DNA from: Gammaproteobacteria bacterium
Lineage (GTDB): Bacteria; Pseudomonadota; Gammaproteobacteria; Arenicellales; Poriferihabitantaceae
Length of the DNA: 64,000 nucleotides
Assembly: GCA_024644945.1 (NCBI GenBank)
Contig: JAHEGU010000010.1
Location: 4,761-68,760 of the forward strand
Reading direction: 5' to 3'
Part shown: one piece after another, positions 27,956-39,399 of the stretch
Numbering within the stretch: the stretch's first letter is position 1
Layout of the letters: each line of letters opens with the position of its first letter
Made by a program: the position numbers and the translations under genes
Notes under the pieces: generated by a model
Databases searched by the model: none
Told to the model about the DNA's origin: nothing
Seen by the model: only the letters and a program-made list of their open reading frames with translations

Positions 27956-28765
27956 TCACTTGGCCGAACACTGTCGCTGTCTTACCACCTCGAACAATAT
28001 TACTCCTGTTGCAACCGACACATTAAGACTTGATACGGTGCCTGCCATTGGAATCCGTGCTATCTGGTCGCAGTGTTCCCGCGTCAGGCGCCTAAGACCC
28101 TTGCCTTCCGCTCCCATTACAATCGCAGTACTCCCGCTAAAATGAAGATCATACAGGTCACTGTCACCCTCTTCCGCTGCGCCAGTGATCCAGATCCCCA
28201 TATTTTTGAGGCTCTGTAGACACCTGCTGAGGTTGGTTACATAGTAAACTGGAATTCGATCCGCAGCCCCCGCCGCAACTCTTCGAACCGTCTGGTTAAC
28301 CGGCGCAGCGCCATCCTTGGGCAGCACCACGGCGTCCACTCCGGCCCCTTCTGCCGTGCGCAGACAGGCTCCAAGATTGTGGGGGTCCTGGACTTGATCC
28401 AAAACAAGCAGCAGCGGTTGGTGTTCATGCAATTCAAGCTTTTGGTAAAGCGCTGTTTCACCTTGGTGCCCGGATGACCTTATTTCCGCTAATACGCCCT
28501 GATGTCGCTGCCCGCCGGATTTTTGATCAAGGCTCGATTTGTCAGTGCTAGTGGTAGTGACGCCGGCTTGCTGGGCTTCTGCAGTGAGCTTGGTGACACG
28601 TGAATCATATCGACTACTGTCAACCCACAGCTGGATAACAGTATCGGGCGCTCGGCGCACGGCGGAACCGACCGCATGAAAACCACATATAATTTCTCTA
28701 GCGAGAGTTTCGCTTTCTATTTTTCCTGGGTTTCCCGCGCGATTGGATTTTTTTCTCACTCGCAT
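27956..28765 (-). CDS. rlmB: 23S rRNA (guanosine-2'-O)-methyltransferase RlmB (SpoU/TrmH family)
   Basis: ICGFHAV N-terminus, DQVQDPHNLGACLRTAEGAG, VMGAEGKGLRRLTREHCD and IPMAGTVSSLNVSVATGVILFE. It lies directly after rnr, as in E. coli. The start is ambiguous: ATGs at 28804, 28795 and 28765 all lie inside the rnr 3' end. Confidence 0.9.
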   Translation of the reverse strand: MRVRKKSNRAGNPGKIESETLAREIICGFHAVGSAVRRAPDTVIQLWVDSSRYDSRVTKLTAEAQQAGVTTTSTDKSSLDQKSGGQRHQGVLAEIRSSGHQGETALYQKLELHEHQPLLLVLDQVQDPHNLGACLRTAEGAGVDAVVLPKDGAAPVNQTVRRVAAGAADRIPVYYVTNLSRCLQSLKNMGIWITGAAEEGDSDLYDLHFSGSTAIVMGAEGKGLRRLTREHCDQIARIPMAGTVSSLNVSVATGVILFEVVRQRQCSAK

Positions 28766-31058
28766 TTGTCCCGCTAGTCGCTCGTTTACCTGCATTTTTG
28801 TCACGGCTTCTTGACTTCTTTTGCTTTAAGCGTTCTTTATTCGCACGCCTCACATCTAATTCAGATTCTGACTGATTGTTTTTCTTCGATTCTCCAGCAA
28901 GCAACTCAAAGTCAATTCTCGCCAGGTCAAGATTTACATTACTCACCCTGACTTTCAGTCTATCGCCCAAGCGGAATCTTCGCCCACTGCGATCACCTAC
29001 CAATTGAAAATTCAACGGATCAAATCGATAGTAATCATTGCCAAGAGCAGTGACATGAACCAGGCCGTCTACAAATATATCATCGAGCTGAACAAAAATT
29101 CCAAACTCCTTCACTCCTGAAACAACGCCATCAAATTCCTCGCCAACTTTGTCTTGCATAAATTCAGCCTTGAGCCAGCCCACTACATCCCGTGTGGCAT
29201 CATCCGCCCGGCGCTCGGTAAACGAACAATGCTCTCCAATTCTGCCGACACTGACGTTTTTTGGCCCAACCCTTCGGTCGTTCTGATCAATAATTTTTCT
29301 GATCAAGCGATGGACCACCAGATCGGGGTAGCGTCTGATCGGAGATGTAAAATGAGTGTATACGGGATAGGCCAAGGCGAAGTGCCCCAGTATTTCAGGA
29401 CTGTACTCGGCTTGACTCAAGCTACGCAGGAGCACCGTCTGCACAACTCCTGCGATCTCTGGCCGAACCTTGCTCGCGGCAAGTAGACGACTGTAATCCG
29501 CTGCGGCCGGTTCGTTTCCGCCCTCAAGATGCAATCCTAAGCCTTTAAGGAATGCATGCAGGTCTGCTATGGACTCGTTATCGGGCCCAGTATGGTTGCG
29601 ATAAATTCCCTGTTCACCAAAGTGATCCTGGATCAATTCGCCCGCGCAAACATTAGCCGCCAGCATGCATTCCTCAATCATACGATGCGCCACATTGCGT
29701 TCTCTAACGCTAACTCTATCTATTCGCTGCTGATCGTCGAAATGAATTAAAGGTTCAGGAAATTCAAAATTTATCGTACCTCGCTTGTCCCTTTGTTTAG
29801 CCAGTGCCCTATATAGCGCATACAAGCTGTCAAGTTCAGTCAAAATACTTGAGCACTGAATCCTTGCAGCTTTGTCCTTTTTGTCAACAACTTGAGCAAC
29901 TGCATCGTAAGTCAAACGCGCTCGTGAACGCATCAGACCAGAAAAAAAAGAAAAGTCCAAGATTTTTCCAGCACGGCTGACTTGCATATCACACACCATG
30001 CAACATCGATCCTCCATTGGGTTTAAAGAACAGATTCCGTTTGACAACAACTCCGGCAACATAGGCACTACTTTATTCGGAAAATAAACCGAGTTGCCCC
30101 GATTAAATGCCTCTTGATCCAAAGAAGAATCTAGTTTGACGTAGTGACTGACGTCTGCAATCGCAACCACCAGCCTCCATCCACGGCGATTTGGCTTGCA
30201 GAAAACGGCATCGTCATAGTCCTTTGCATCCTCTCCATCAATAGTCACCAGCGGCAGATCACGAATGTCTTCTCTACCCTTATTAAGACCGGCAGATTGA
30301 AACCTGTGTATTTGACGTTCCAATTGTTGCTCAACTTCAGGCGGCCATTCAGCAGGAATCTCGTGTTTTCGGATCGCAATTTCAGTTTCCATGCCAGGGG
30401 CTAGCTCGCTGCCCATAATATGGCAAATACGTCCCACCGCATGATGATGCTGTACCGGATGCCGGATAATCTTGACTACGACAATATCCCCGCTTTGGGC
30501 AGTGCCAATATGTTCAGGAGGAATGGCAATATCACGACCAAAGCGACTATCGTCAGGTTCCACGAACCCGACCCCACCCTCGGACTGGAAATGACCTACG
30601 ATCTCGCGCTCCGGATCGACAATGACTTCGACAATAACCCCCTCCTTACGGCCACGGGCATCGATGTTTTTAAGTTTAGCTACGACGTGATCGCCATGCA
30701 GTGCTTTTCGCATCTGTCTATGGTGCAGATACAGATCATCTCCTCCCTGGTCCGGGCGCACGAAGCCATAGCCATTAGCGTGCCCGATAACCCGACCCGT
30801 AAACGCTCCCATTTTATCTGGCAAGGCATATCGCCCCTTGCGATCGATAATCACCACCCCCTGGTTCTGTAGACGGTCAAGGCGACTGGACAGCGCCTGC
30901 TTGGCATCCTTTTGACTGAGCCTAAAGTGCCTGCAAATCGCCTGAAAGGTTACGGGCTGCCCCAACTCCGACAACAACTCGATCAGTAGCAGCCGTGAGG
31001 GCACGGGAATTCCCGAATTATCTGCGACTCGAAATCCTTTCTTTTTTAAATCTCTCAT
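28698..31058 (-). CDS. rnr: Ribonuclease R
   Basis: N-terminal HTH/CSD region. RNB domain (TIDGEDAKDYDDAV..., HFGLA-type ILGHFALAYPVYTHFTSPIRRYPDLVVHR). S1 domain (GVVSGVKEFGIFVQLDD). Lys/Arg-rich C-terminal tail. 786 aa. Confidence 0.95.
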   Translation of the reverse strand: MRDLKKKGFRVADNSGIPVPSRLLLIELLSELGQPVTFQAICRHFRLSQKDAKQALSSRLDRLQNQGVVIIDRKGRYALPDKMGAFTGRVIGHANGYGFVRPDQGGDDLYLHHRQMRKALHGDHVVAKLKNIDARGRKEGVIVEVIVDPEREIVGHFQSEGGVGFVEPDDSRFGRDIAIPPEHIGTAQSGDIVVVKIIRHPVQHHHAVGRICHIMGSELAPGMETEIAIRKHEIPAEWPPEVEQQLERQIHRFQSAGLNKGREDIRDLPLVTIDGEDAKDYDDAVFCKPNRRGWRLVVAIADVSHYVKLDSSLDQEAFNRGNSVYFPNKVVPMLPELLSNGICSLNPMEDRCCMVCDMQVSRAGKILDFSFFSGLMRSRARLTYDAVAQVVDKKDKAARIQCSSILTELDSLYALYRALAKQRDKRGTINFEFPEPLIHFDDQQRIDRVSVRERNVAHRMIEECMLAANVCAGELIQDHFGEQGIYRNHTGPDNESIADLHAFLKGLGLHLEGGNEPAAADYSRLLAASKVRPEIAGVVQTVLLRSLSQAEYSPEILGHFALAYPVYTHFTSPIRRYPDLVVHRLIRKIIDQNDRRVGPKNVSVGRIGEHCSFTERRADDATRDVVGWLKAEFMQDKVGEEFDGVVSGVKEFGIFVQLDDIFVDGLVHVTALGNDYYRFDPLNFQLVGDRSGRRFRLGDRLKVRVSNVNLDLARIDFELLAGESKKNNQSESELDVRRANKERLKQKKSRSRDKNAGKRATSGTNASEKKIQSRGKPRKNRKRNSR

Positions 31059-31296
31059 GTGGAATATTGGTTCCTGCGGTTTTCCCTGTTAGCATAACGG
31101 GTTGACTTGTGCGATGCAGCAGAACGAGCGGGATTTCGACTCTCTAAATACGAATCTACCAATCGGGCGCACATATAAAAAACTTTTATAAACTGAATCA
31201 TATTGCACTGTTTTCGGTATTGCGACTTGGCCTCAATCGACTCAGAAAAACAACAAAAAACTTGACAGATTTCCTTTTTATTTATTTGAAAATGCT

Positions 31297-32847
31297 ATGA
31301 AAATTGGTATCCCACGGGAGATCCAGGTGAACGAGGCGCGTGTCGCCTGCACACCTGAAGAAACCCGCAAACTTATTAAACTTGGCCACCAAGTACTGGT
31401 GGAGACAGGTGCAGGCAAAGCAGCAGGATTTCTCGACACAGATTTTGTCGAGGCCGGCGCGATTACAGTGGATCATACACTGGATTTATGGCGAGATGCA
31501 GAGCTGATTTGCAAGGTTCGCGCGCCGCAAATGCACCCGGAAATTGATCAGCACGAAGTCAGCTTGCTTACCGACGGGAAAACCCTGATCAGTTTCCTTG
31601 CACCTGCTCAAAGTGAGGAGTTGCTTAATTCCATAGCCAAAAACAACGCAACCGCTATGGCCATGGAGGCAATTCCCAGAATCTCCCGCGCCCAGAAAAT
31701 GGACGCGCTGTCGTCGATGGCAAATATTGCGGGCTACCGAGCTGTCATTGAGGCAGGACAGCATTTTGGACGCTTTTTTACCGGGCAGATCACTGCAGCA
31801 GGAAAAGTGCCACCGGCAAAGGTGATGGTAATCGGCGCCGGGGTAGCTGGACTTGCTGCAATAGGCGCTGCGGTCAGCCTTGGGGCTATCGTGCGTGCAT
31901 TTGACACTCGACCCGAAGTCAAGGAACAAATCGAGAGCATGAATGCCGAGTTTCTCGAGCTGGATTTCGAGGAAGAAGGCAGCGGCCAAGGCGGCTATGC
32001 AAAGGTCATGAGCGAGGAGTTTATAAAGGCTGAGATGGCGTTGTTTGCCGCCCAGGCCAGAGAAGTCGATATTATAATTACCACTGCGCTGATTCCGGGC
32101 AAGCCCGCGCCAAAACTGATTACCCGAGAAATGGTTGATTCGATGAAACGTGGAAGCGTGATCATCGACCTGGCAGCGGAGCAAGGCGGAAACTGTGAAC
32201 TCACGGAGCCCGATCACGTTGTCGATCACAATGGCGTCACTATTGTCGGGTACACCGACTTTCCAAGCCGTATGGCCGCTCAGGCGAGTCAGTTATACGC
32301 CACGAATATTCGTCACCTGCTGACTGAACTAACTCCCGAGAAGGACGGTGAATTAGTGGTAAACATGGAAGACGACGTCATTCGTGGTGCAACGGTGGTA
32401 AAAGATGGTGAGATTACATGGCCGCCACCACCGGTCAAGCTGTCCGCTGCCCCTGCTACCAAACCAAAACCAGCACCGATAGTCGAAGAGCAGAAACCCG
32501 AAAACCGCGGTTGGATTACACTGGCCGGAATGGCCGCAGGAGGATTAGCGATACTGGCCATGGGATCGGTCGCGCCTCAGTCGTTTATGAATCATTTCAT
32601 CGTATTTGTGCTGGCCTGTTTTGTTGGTTGGCAGGTGATCTGGAATGTCACGCCAGCATTGCACACACCTCTCATGAGTGTGACAAACGCGATTAGCGGA
32701 ATCATCGTCATTGGCGCACTGCTTCAAATGGCTTCGCCGGGTTGGCTCGGAATTGTGCTGGCTGTAATCGCAGTGGCTATTGCATCAGTTAACATCGCAG
32801 GGGGCTTTTTAGTGACCCAGCGCATGTTGAAAATGTTTCAGAAATAA
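31297..32847 (+). CDS. pntA: NAD(P) transhydrogenase subunit alpha
   Basis: [17 protein letters not shown] start as in E. coli PntA. NAD site [18 protein letters not shown]-terminal four TM helices. 516 aa. Confidence 0.95.
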   Translation: MKIGIPREIQVNEARVACTPEETRKLIKLGHQVLVETGAGKAAGFLDTDFVEAGAITVDHTLDLWRDAELICKVRAPQMHPEIDQHEVSLLTDGKTLISFLAPAQSEELLNSIAKNNATAMAMEAIPRISRAQKMDALSSMANIAGYRAVIEAGQHFGRFFTGQITAAGKVPPAKVMVIGAGVAGLAAIGAAVSLGAIVRAFDTRPEVKEQIESMNAEFLELDFEEEGSGQGGYAKVMSEEFIKAEMALFAAQAREVDIIITTALIPGKPAPKLITREMVDSMKRGSVIIDLAAEQGGNCELTEPDHVVDHNGVTIVGYTDFPSRMAAQASQLYATNIRHLLTELTPEKDGELVVNMEDDVIRGATVVKDGEITWPPPPVKLSAAPATKPKPAPIVEEQKPENRGWITLAGMAAGGLAILAMGSVAPQSFMNHFIVFVLACFVGWQVIWNVTPALHTPLMSVTNAISGIIVIGALLQMASPGWLGIVLAVIAVAIASVNIAGGFLVTQRMLKMFQK

Positions 32848-32859
32848 GAGGCCACAATC

Positions 32860-34254
32860 ATGAATAACGGTTTCATCATTTCTGCTTACATCCTGTCCAG
32901 TATCCTGTTCATTCTTAGCCTGGGTGGCCTGAGCAATCAGGAAACGGCCCGCAGGGGAAATATCTACGGCATCATCGGAATGACCATTGCGATCATCGCC
33001 ACTCTGATGAGTGACGAAGTCGGCAATTACGCATTAATTATCATTCCTATGGTAATTGGCGGCGCTGTCGGCGCTTATTTTGCGTCGCGGGTTGAGATGA
33101 CGGCAATGCCCGAACTGGTGGCTATCCTGCATAGTTTCGTGGGACTTGCCGCGGTGCTGGTTGGGTTTGCCACCTATGTCGATCCTGACAATAATTTTGT
33201 TGGAGTCGAAAAGACCATCCATGACGTCGAAATTTATCTCGGCATTCTGATTGGTGCAGTGACGTTTACCGGTTCAGTAATCGCTTTCGGTAAGCTTCGA
33301 GGGACAATCGGGAGCAAGCCACTGACTCTACCAGGACGACACTGGCTCAACCTCGGCATTCTGATCCTCTGTATCGTTCTAGGAAAGATTTTTCTCAACA
33401 CCGAATCAACCGCTGGAGGTATGGCTCCGCTCCTTATCATGACTCTTCTGGCTTTTGCCTTTGGTGTGCATATGGTGATGGCAATTGGCGGAGCGGATAT
33501 GCCGGTGGTGATATCAATGCTTAACAGCTACTCAGGATGGGCTGCGGCGGCGACGGGATTTATGTTGTCCAATGACCTGTTGATCGTCGTGGGTGCATTG
33601 GTAGGATCCAGCGGCGCGATACTGTCTTATATTATGTGTCGCGCAATGAATCGAAAATTCATAAGTGTCATTATGGGCGGGTTCGGCAGCACCTCATCCG
33701 GTGGCGGAGATGGTGGCAGCGAGGAACAGGGAGAGGTTATATCCATATCAGCGGAAGAGACTGCTGAGCTACTGGGTGATGTTGACTCGCTAGTGATCGT
33801 ACCAGGATACGGCATGGCGGTAGCTCACGCGCAACATCCTGTTTCAGAGCTTACGCGCAAGCTCAGAGACAAGGGAGTTAAGGTTCATTTTGCCATCCAT
33901 CCTGTTGCGGGTCGAATGCCAGGTCACATGAACGTTTTACTGGCTGAAGCCAAAGTACCTTATGACATTGTTCTTGAAATGGATGAAATCAATGATGATT
34001 TTCCGGAAACGGACGCGGTGATGGTAATTGGTGCAAACGATATTGTAAATCCGTCCGCAATCGATCAACCGGATAGTCCTATAGCCGGCATGCCGGTACT
34101 GGAAGTCTGGAATGCCAGGACGGTTATCGTAATGAAGCGCAGTATGGCGAGTGGCTACGCTGGGGTGGAAAACCCATTATTCTTTAAAGAAAACACCCGA
34201 ATGTTGTTCGGGGATGCTAAAGACAGCGTAGATACCATTGTGTCGAATCTTTAA
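32860..34254 (+). CDS. pntB: NAD(P) transhydrogenase subunit beta
   Basis: Polytopic N-terminal membrane domain and a C-terminal NADP(H) domain ([41 protein letters not shown]). 464 aa. Confidence 0.95.
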   Translation: MNNGFIISAYILSSILFILSLGGLSNQETARRGNIYGIIGMTIAIIATLMSDEVGNYALIIIPMVIGGAVGAYFASRVEMTAMPELVAILHSFVGLAAVLVGFATYVDPDNNFVGVEKTIHDVEIYLGILIGAVTFTGSVIAFGKLRGTIGSKPLTLPGRHWLNLGILILCIVLGKIFLNTESTAGGMAPLLIMTLLAFAFGVHMVMAIGGADMPVVISMLNSYSGWAAAATGFMLSNDLLIVVGALVGSSGAILSYIMCRAMNRKFISVIMGGFGSTSSGGGDGGSEEQGEVISISAEETAELLGDVDSLVIVPGYGMAVAHAQHPVSELTRKLRDKGVKVHFAIHPVAGRMPGHMNVLLAEAKVPYDIVLEMDEINDDFPETDAVMVIGANDIVNPSAIDQPDSPIAGMPVLEVWNARTVIVMKRSMASGYAGVENPLFFKENTRMLFGDAKDSVDTIVSNL

Positions 34255-34326
34255 TTTTAATGATGCTCTCCAATCAATTAGAAGCACGAGCACGATGATC
34301 GAGCTAGCGGTAAATAGGACGTCAAC

Positions 34327-35205
34327 ATGTCAGAAATCCTGAAGTTAGGAATTCCGAAGGGAAGCCTTGAGACCGCCACCCTGGATCTGTTCACGCAAGC
34401 GGGATGGAATATTAATACGCGCTCAAGGAATTACTTCCCGTCGATAAACGACCCGGAAATCAGTTGTGCTCTGGTTCGCTCCCAGGAAATGGGGCCGTAT
34501 GTTGCCAACGCCACGCTGGATGTCGGACTCACTGGGCAAGATTGGATTGAGGAAACAGGGGCTGACGTCGAAGTGGTATCGGAGCTGGTTTATTCCAAGG
34601 CGTCTGATCAACCATGTCGTTGGGTGCTGATAGTGAAAAATGATTCCGATATTCAGTCCGTAGAAGATCTTGAGGGTAAAACTGTCTCTACAGAGCTGAT
34701 GGAATTTACCAAACGCTATCTTTTAGAGAGGAATATCAACGCAGATGTACAGTTTTCCTGGGGCGCAACGGAAGCCAAGGTCGTGGAAGGTTTGGCAGAC
34801 GCGGCGGTTGAAATTACCGAGACCGGGAGTACCATTCGCGCTCATGGCCTTCGAATTGTATGCGACCTGCTACATACCCATACCGTGCTCGTTGCGAACA
34901 AGCAGGCATTACTTGATCCCTGGAAAAGTCAGAAGATCGAGAATATCTCGTTGTTGTTGAACAGCGCCTTGGTGGCAAGAGAGAAGGTCCTGCTTAAAAT
35001 GAATGTTGCCTCTAAAGACATAGACAATGTAGCTAAGTTTCTACCGAGCCTGCATGCACCGACTATCAACAAACTTTACGACGAAGGATGGCTGGCGGTG
35101 GAAACCGTTGTCAATAAAAACGATGTTCGCGAATTGATTCCGCAGTTAAAGCGGGCGGGTGCCGAAGGAATACTCGAGTTCGAACTTAGAAAAATGGTAC
35201 GTTGA
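34327..35205 (+). CDS. hisG: ATP phosphoribosyltransferase, long form (with C-terminal regulatory domain)
   Basis: LKLGIPKGSLE N-terminus, SWGATEAKV..GLADAAVEITETGSTIRAHGL PRPP/ATP region, and a C-terminal HisG_C-like block LPSLHAPTINKL...AVETVV...LIPQLKRAGAEGILEFELRKMV. 292 aa. Confidence 0.88.
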   Translation: MSEILKLGIPKGSLETATLDLFTQAGWNINTRSRNYFPSINDPEISCALVRSQEMGPYVANATLDVGLTGQDWIEETGADVEVVSELVYSKASDQPCRWVLIVKNDSDIQSVEDLEGKTVSTELMEFTKRYLLERNINADVQFSWGATEAKVVEGLADAAVEITETGSTIRAHGLRIVCDLLHTHTVLVANKQALLDPWKSQKIENISLLLNSALVAREKVLLKMNVASKDIDNVAKFLPSLHAPTINKLYDEGWLAVETVVNKNDVRELIPQLKRAGAEGILEFELRKMVR

Positions 35206-35334
35206 TAGCTTTGAGTAAAACTGGACGCTTGGCGACAATTGGATCCGATTGATTAGCTGTGCCTGCTATTACACCTTTGAAAACAGCCGCGTGAATTTTA
35301 TTTGACCCAACTGGTTGTGTCCTGTTTGAAAACT

Positions 35335-35365
35335 AAAAAACCGGCCGCAGCCGGTTTTCTATTTT
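35335..35365. terminator. Bidirectional intrinsic terminator between convergent hisG and the LysM gene
   Basis: AAAAAA-CCGGC-CGCA-GCCGG-TTTTCTATTTT. A GC stem is flanked by an A-run on one side and a T-run on the other, so it reads as hairpin plus U-tract on both strands. Confidence 0.75.
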
Positions 35366-35458
35366 CTGGAGAGGCCAGTTTCCTGTGCTGCATCTAGCAG
35401 CATCCCAATCAAACTATGCCCGGCAAGGGTAACTTTTCAGAACAGTTACCCCATTAAA

Positions 35459-35929
35459 TCAAGAAGAGTTCTTGATATACGCAACGTCAGTTGCTTCTGG
35501 CTCACCACCTACCTTCCACGCACCGCGGGTCTTGGCGTGTTTGATCGCGCCATCGATGTCCGCTTGTGAGGAATCACGGGGGATTGCCAACACCTGACCA
35601 GGAAAGATCAAATCAGCATCCTTAATCTGGTCAAGGTTTGCTTTGTAGATCAGCGGCCACTGTTCGGGAACATTGTAGACTTCTTCCTTACACGAAATAG
35701 CCCACAAGTTATTACCTTCCACTACAGTCCAGCTGGTGAGTGCTTCCACTTCAGGCTCAGTGTCGGTAACAGCTGCTGCCGGTGCTGCTGGCTCGGGAGC
35801 GGGCTCCGCTGCAACTGCTTCCTCTGTAGGCTTACTTTTGGCGCTGATACAACCAGTTGCCAATGAGGCCGCCACAAGAATTGCAGCAAGTTTTAAACCT
35901 GAACTTAAGTTGTCAGATACGATAGACAT
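35459..35929 (-). CDS. LysM-domain lipoprotein
   Basis: ATG 35929 gives MSIVSDNLSSGLKLAAILVAASLATGC (lipobox LATGC). An Ala/Pro/Glu-rich linker follows, then a C-terminal LysM domain (WTVVEGNNLWAIS...IYKANLDQIKDADLIFPGQVLAIP). The track ORF (to 36040) adds an implausible 37-aa leader. Confidence 0.8.
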   Translation of the reverse strand: MSIVSDNLSSGLKLAAILVAASLATGCISAKSKPTEEAVAAEPAPEPAAPAAAVTDTEPEVEALTSWTVVEGNNLWAISCKEEVYNVPEQWPLIYKANLDQIKDADLIFPGQVLAIPRDSSQADIDGAIKHAKTRGAWKVGGEPEATDVAYIKNSS

Positions 35930-36268
35930 ACCAGGACGTCTCCAGATTGTTGTAAAAAAAAGCGGGATAAACGGTCCAAACCCGCTAGCCACGGCGATTT
36001 TAACGTTGCTCCCTTGCAATAGCAAGGGCAATAAAATCATTTAATTATCTATTTTTCAAGTTGTTGGGAAGTGACATTAAAGCCTTTTGAATCACTCAGA
36101 TTAATTGTTATCTGATTCACATCAATCTAGTTTTTGAAATGATTTCAATTTTGGACTCTCTCGAGGAAAGTTTATTCAGGCTCGTAACACAGCATAAAGC
36201 CTGTTTTAGATTTTCGGATAGACTCTTTTTGACTGTTGATCTTATCGATAGTTGGTCACTATTAAGGT

Positions 36269-37735
36269 TTACTCAATTCCGCCAATGCACAGATACTTCA
36301 TCTCAAGATACTCTTCAATGCCATGCTGAGATCCTTCACGCCCAATACCAGACTGCTTGATTCCGCCAAATGGCGCTATTTCGTTTGAAATAATTCCTGT
36401 ATTTATCCCAACCATTCCATACTCCAGCGCTTCAGACACTCGCCAAGTCCGCGCAAGGTCACGACTGTAAAAATAGGCGGCTAGTCCAAACTCAGTATCA
36501 TTGGCTTGATGAATAACATCGTCTTCTTCATGGAAGCGAAACAGTGGAGCGAGAGGACCAAAGGTTTCTTCTCTCGCCACCTTCATTTCCGGCGATACGT
36601 TGGTCAAGATAGTCGGCTGGAAAAAAGACCCACCGAGCGCATGACGTTCCCCTCCCAGTTTTAATTCAGCACCTTTAGCGATCGCATCCGAAATGTGTTC
36701 TTCTACTTTTTCAATTGCAGCCATGTCAATTAGTGGTCCTTGAACAATGCCATCATCAAAGCCAGATCCAACCTGCATTTCTGCCACCGCTTTCGCTAGT
36801 TTCTCGGCGAACTCGTCATACACTCCGTCCTGCACGTATATTCTGTTGCTGCATACACAGGTCTGGCCGGCATTGCGATACTTCGACATGATCGCGCCCT
36901 GTACCGCAGCATCAACATCCGCGTCGTCGAAAACGATAAAAGGTGCATTGCCCCCTAATTCAAGTGCGACCTTTATAATTGAATTAGAACATTGTTTCAT
37001 TAACAGCCGGCCGACTTCGGTTGATCCAGTGAAACTTAGATGACGTACCACTGGATTCGAGGTCATTTCACCACCAATAGCAGCTGAAGATCCTGTAATC
37101 ACATTGAATACGCCTGGGGGCACACCCGCCTGTTGCGCAAGTTCACATAAGGCAAATGCGGACAAAGGGGTCTGGGTGGCGGGTTTGACGACCACCGCAC
37201 ATCCGGCGGCGAGAGCCGGGCCAACCTTTCGAGTAATCATTGCTGACGGGAAGTTCCAGGGTGTAATCGCAACACATACACCGATGGGTTGCTTGATCAC
37301 TACAATACGCTTATCTGCCTGGTGTTGCGGTATGGTTTCACCATTAACTCGTTTTCCCTCTTCAGCAAACCACTCCAGGAAAGAAGCGGCATAAGCGATC
37401 TCACCACGCGACTCCAGTAGCGGCTTCCCCTGTTCCAGAGTCATCAACTGAGCCAAGTCTTCCTGATTTTCCATCATCAGTTCAAACCAGCGTCTAAGAA
37501 TATTTGCACGATCCTTGGCTAACATATTGCGCCAACCGACCTGTGCCTTTTCTGCAGCTGCGAGAGCCGCGCGAGTTTCCGCAACATCCATTTTGGGCAC
37601 CTTCGCAACAACCTCACTGTTCGCAGGATTTGTGACTTGGATGGTTTCACCGTTATCAGCGATACACCACTGACCGTCGATATAACACTGTTGTCGAAAC
37701 AGAGACTGATTGTTAAGGTTCATTGGATTCTCCAA
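36269..37735 (-). CDS. gabD: NAD(P)-dependent succinate-semialdehyde dehydrogenase (aldehyde dehydrogenase family)
   Basis: ALDH blocks are present: ITPWNFP, FTGST.VG, catalytic Glu in VALELGGNAPFIV, and catalytic Cys in NAGQTCVCSNRIYV. N-terminal FRQQCYIDGQW. 488 aa. Substrate specificity is inferred from similarity to GabD as I remember it. Confidence 0.8.
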   Translation of the reverse strand: MENPMNLNNQSLFRQQCYIDGQWCIADNGETIQVTNPANSEVVAKVPKMDVAETRAALAAAEKAQVGWRNMLAKDRANILRRWFELMMENQEDLAQLMTLEQGKPLLESRGEIAYAASFLEWFAEEGKRVNGETIPQHQADKRIVVIKQPIGVCVAITPWNFPSAMITRKVGPALAAGCAVVVKPATQTPLSAFALCELAQQAGVPPGVFNVITGSSAAIGGEMTSNPVVRHLSFTGSTEVGRLLMKQCSNSIIKVALELGGNAPFIVFDDADVDAAVQGAIMSKYRNAGQTCVCSNRIYVQDGVYDEFAEKLAKAVAEMQVGSGFDDGIVQGPLIDMAAIEKVEEHISDAIAKGAELKLGGERHALGGSFFQPTILTNVSPEMKVAREETFGPLAPLFRFHEEDDVIHQANDTEFGLAAYFYSRDLARTWRVSEALEYGMVGINTGIISNEIAPFGGIKQSGIGREGSQHGIEEYLEMKYLCIGGIE

Positions 37736-37761
37736 ATTCTGAATAAATTACTAAGTGATAG

Positions 37762-39099
<1,338 letters not shown>

Positions 39100-39113
39100 T
39101 TATGGAAGCTCGG

Positions 39114-39302
39114 TCATCTGACCAGATACAACAATATTGCACCTGCAATCATGCTTCCAAGGCCAATATTGCGAAGTTGACGGTCTGGCAATTCGATCAT
39201 TTGGCGCATGAAGTGCTTGAAGCCACTGGGATTAGCGAATGGAACAATTCCTTCAAGCACCAAATATAGCGCAAACGCCGCCAGCAGGTCATTCCAGTTC
39301 AT
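39114..39302 (-). CDS. DUF2065-family small membrane protein (YjeT-like)
   Basis: 62 aa with two hydrophobic helices. It occupies the same hflC-(yjeT)-purA slot as E. coli yjeT. Confidence 0.7.
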   Translation of the reverse strand: MNWNDLLAAFALYLVLEGIVPFANPSGFKHFMRQMIELPDRQLRNIGLGSMIAGAILLYLVR

Positions 39303-39345
39303 ATTTTTAACTTGAAGGTTGTGAGAGCCCGTCAGCCTAACGTAA

Positions 39346-39370
39346 TACGGCCGCCCCAGGGGCGGCCGTA
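39346..39370 (-). terminator. Strong GC hairpin (terminator/attenuator) downstream of hflC
   Basis: TACGGCCGCCC-CAG-GGGCGGCCGTA is a perfect 11-bp stem with a 3-nt loop, 30 nt after the hflC stop. On the minus strand it is followed by TATTACGTT, which is only a weak U-tract. Confidence 0.45.
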
Positions 39371-39399
39371 TACTACACCACGAATTTAATTCATGACCA

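Noticed and set aside
31262-31290. TTGACA hexamer 30 nt upstream of the pntA ATG, considered as the pntA promoter -35.
   Set aside because: The best -10 candidate (TATTTG) would leave a leader of less than 10 nt with no Shine-Dalgarno sequence. The spacing is poor, and the 238-nt rnr/pntA divergent region offers many AT-rich alternatives.
31486-32229. 247-aa ORF antisense to pntA.
   Set aside because: It lies entirely inside pntA, which matches E. coli PntA end to end. The composition is Cys/His/Arg/Ser-rich with no motifs. Shadow ORF.
36139-36360. 73-aa plus-strand ORF in the gabD-LysM intergenic region, running into the gabD 3' end.
   Set aside because: It has no Shine-Dalgarno sequence, overlaps the gabD C-terminus antisense, and shows no domain signature. 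The region is treated as non-coding.
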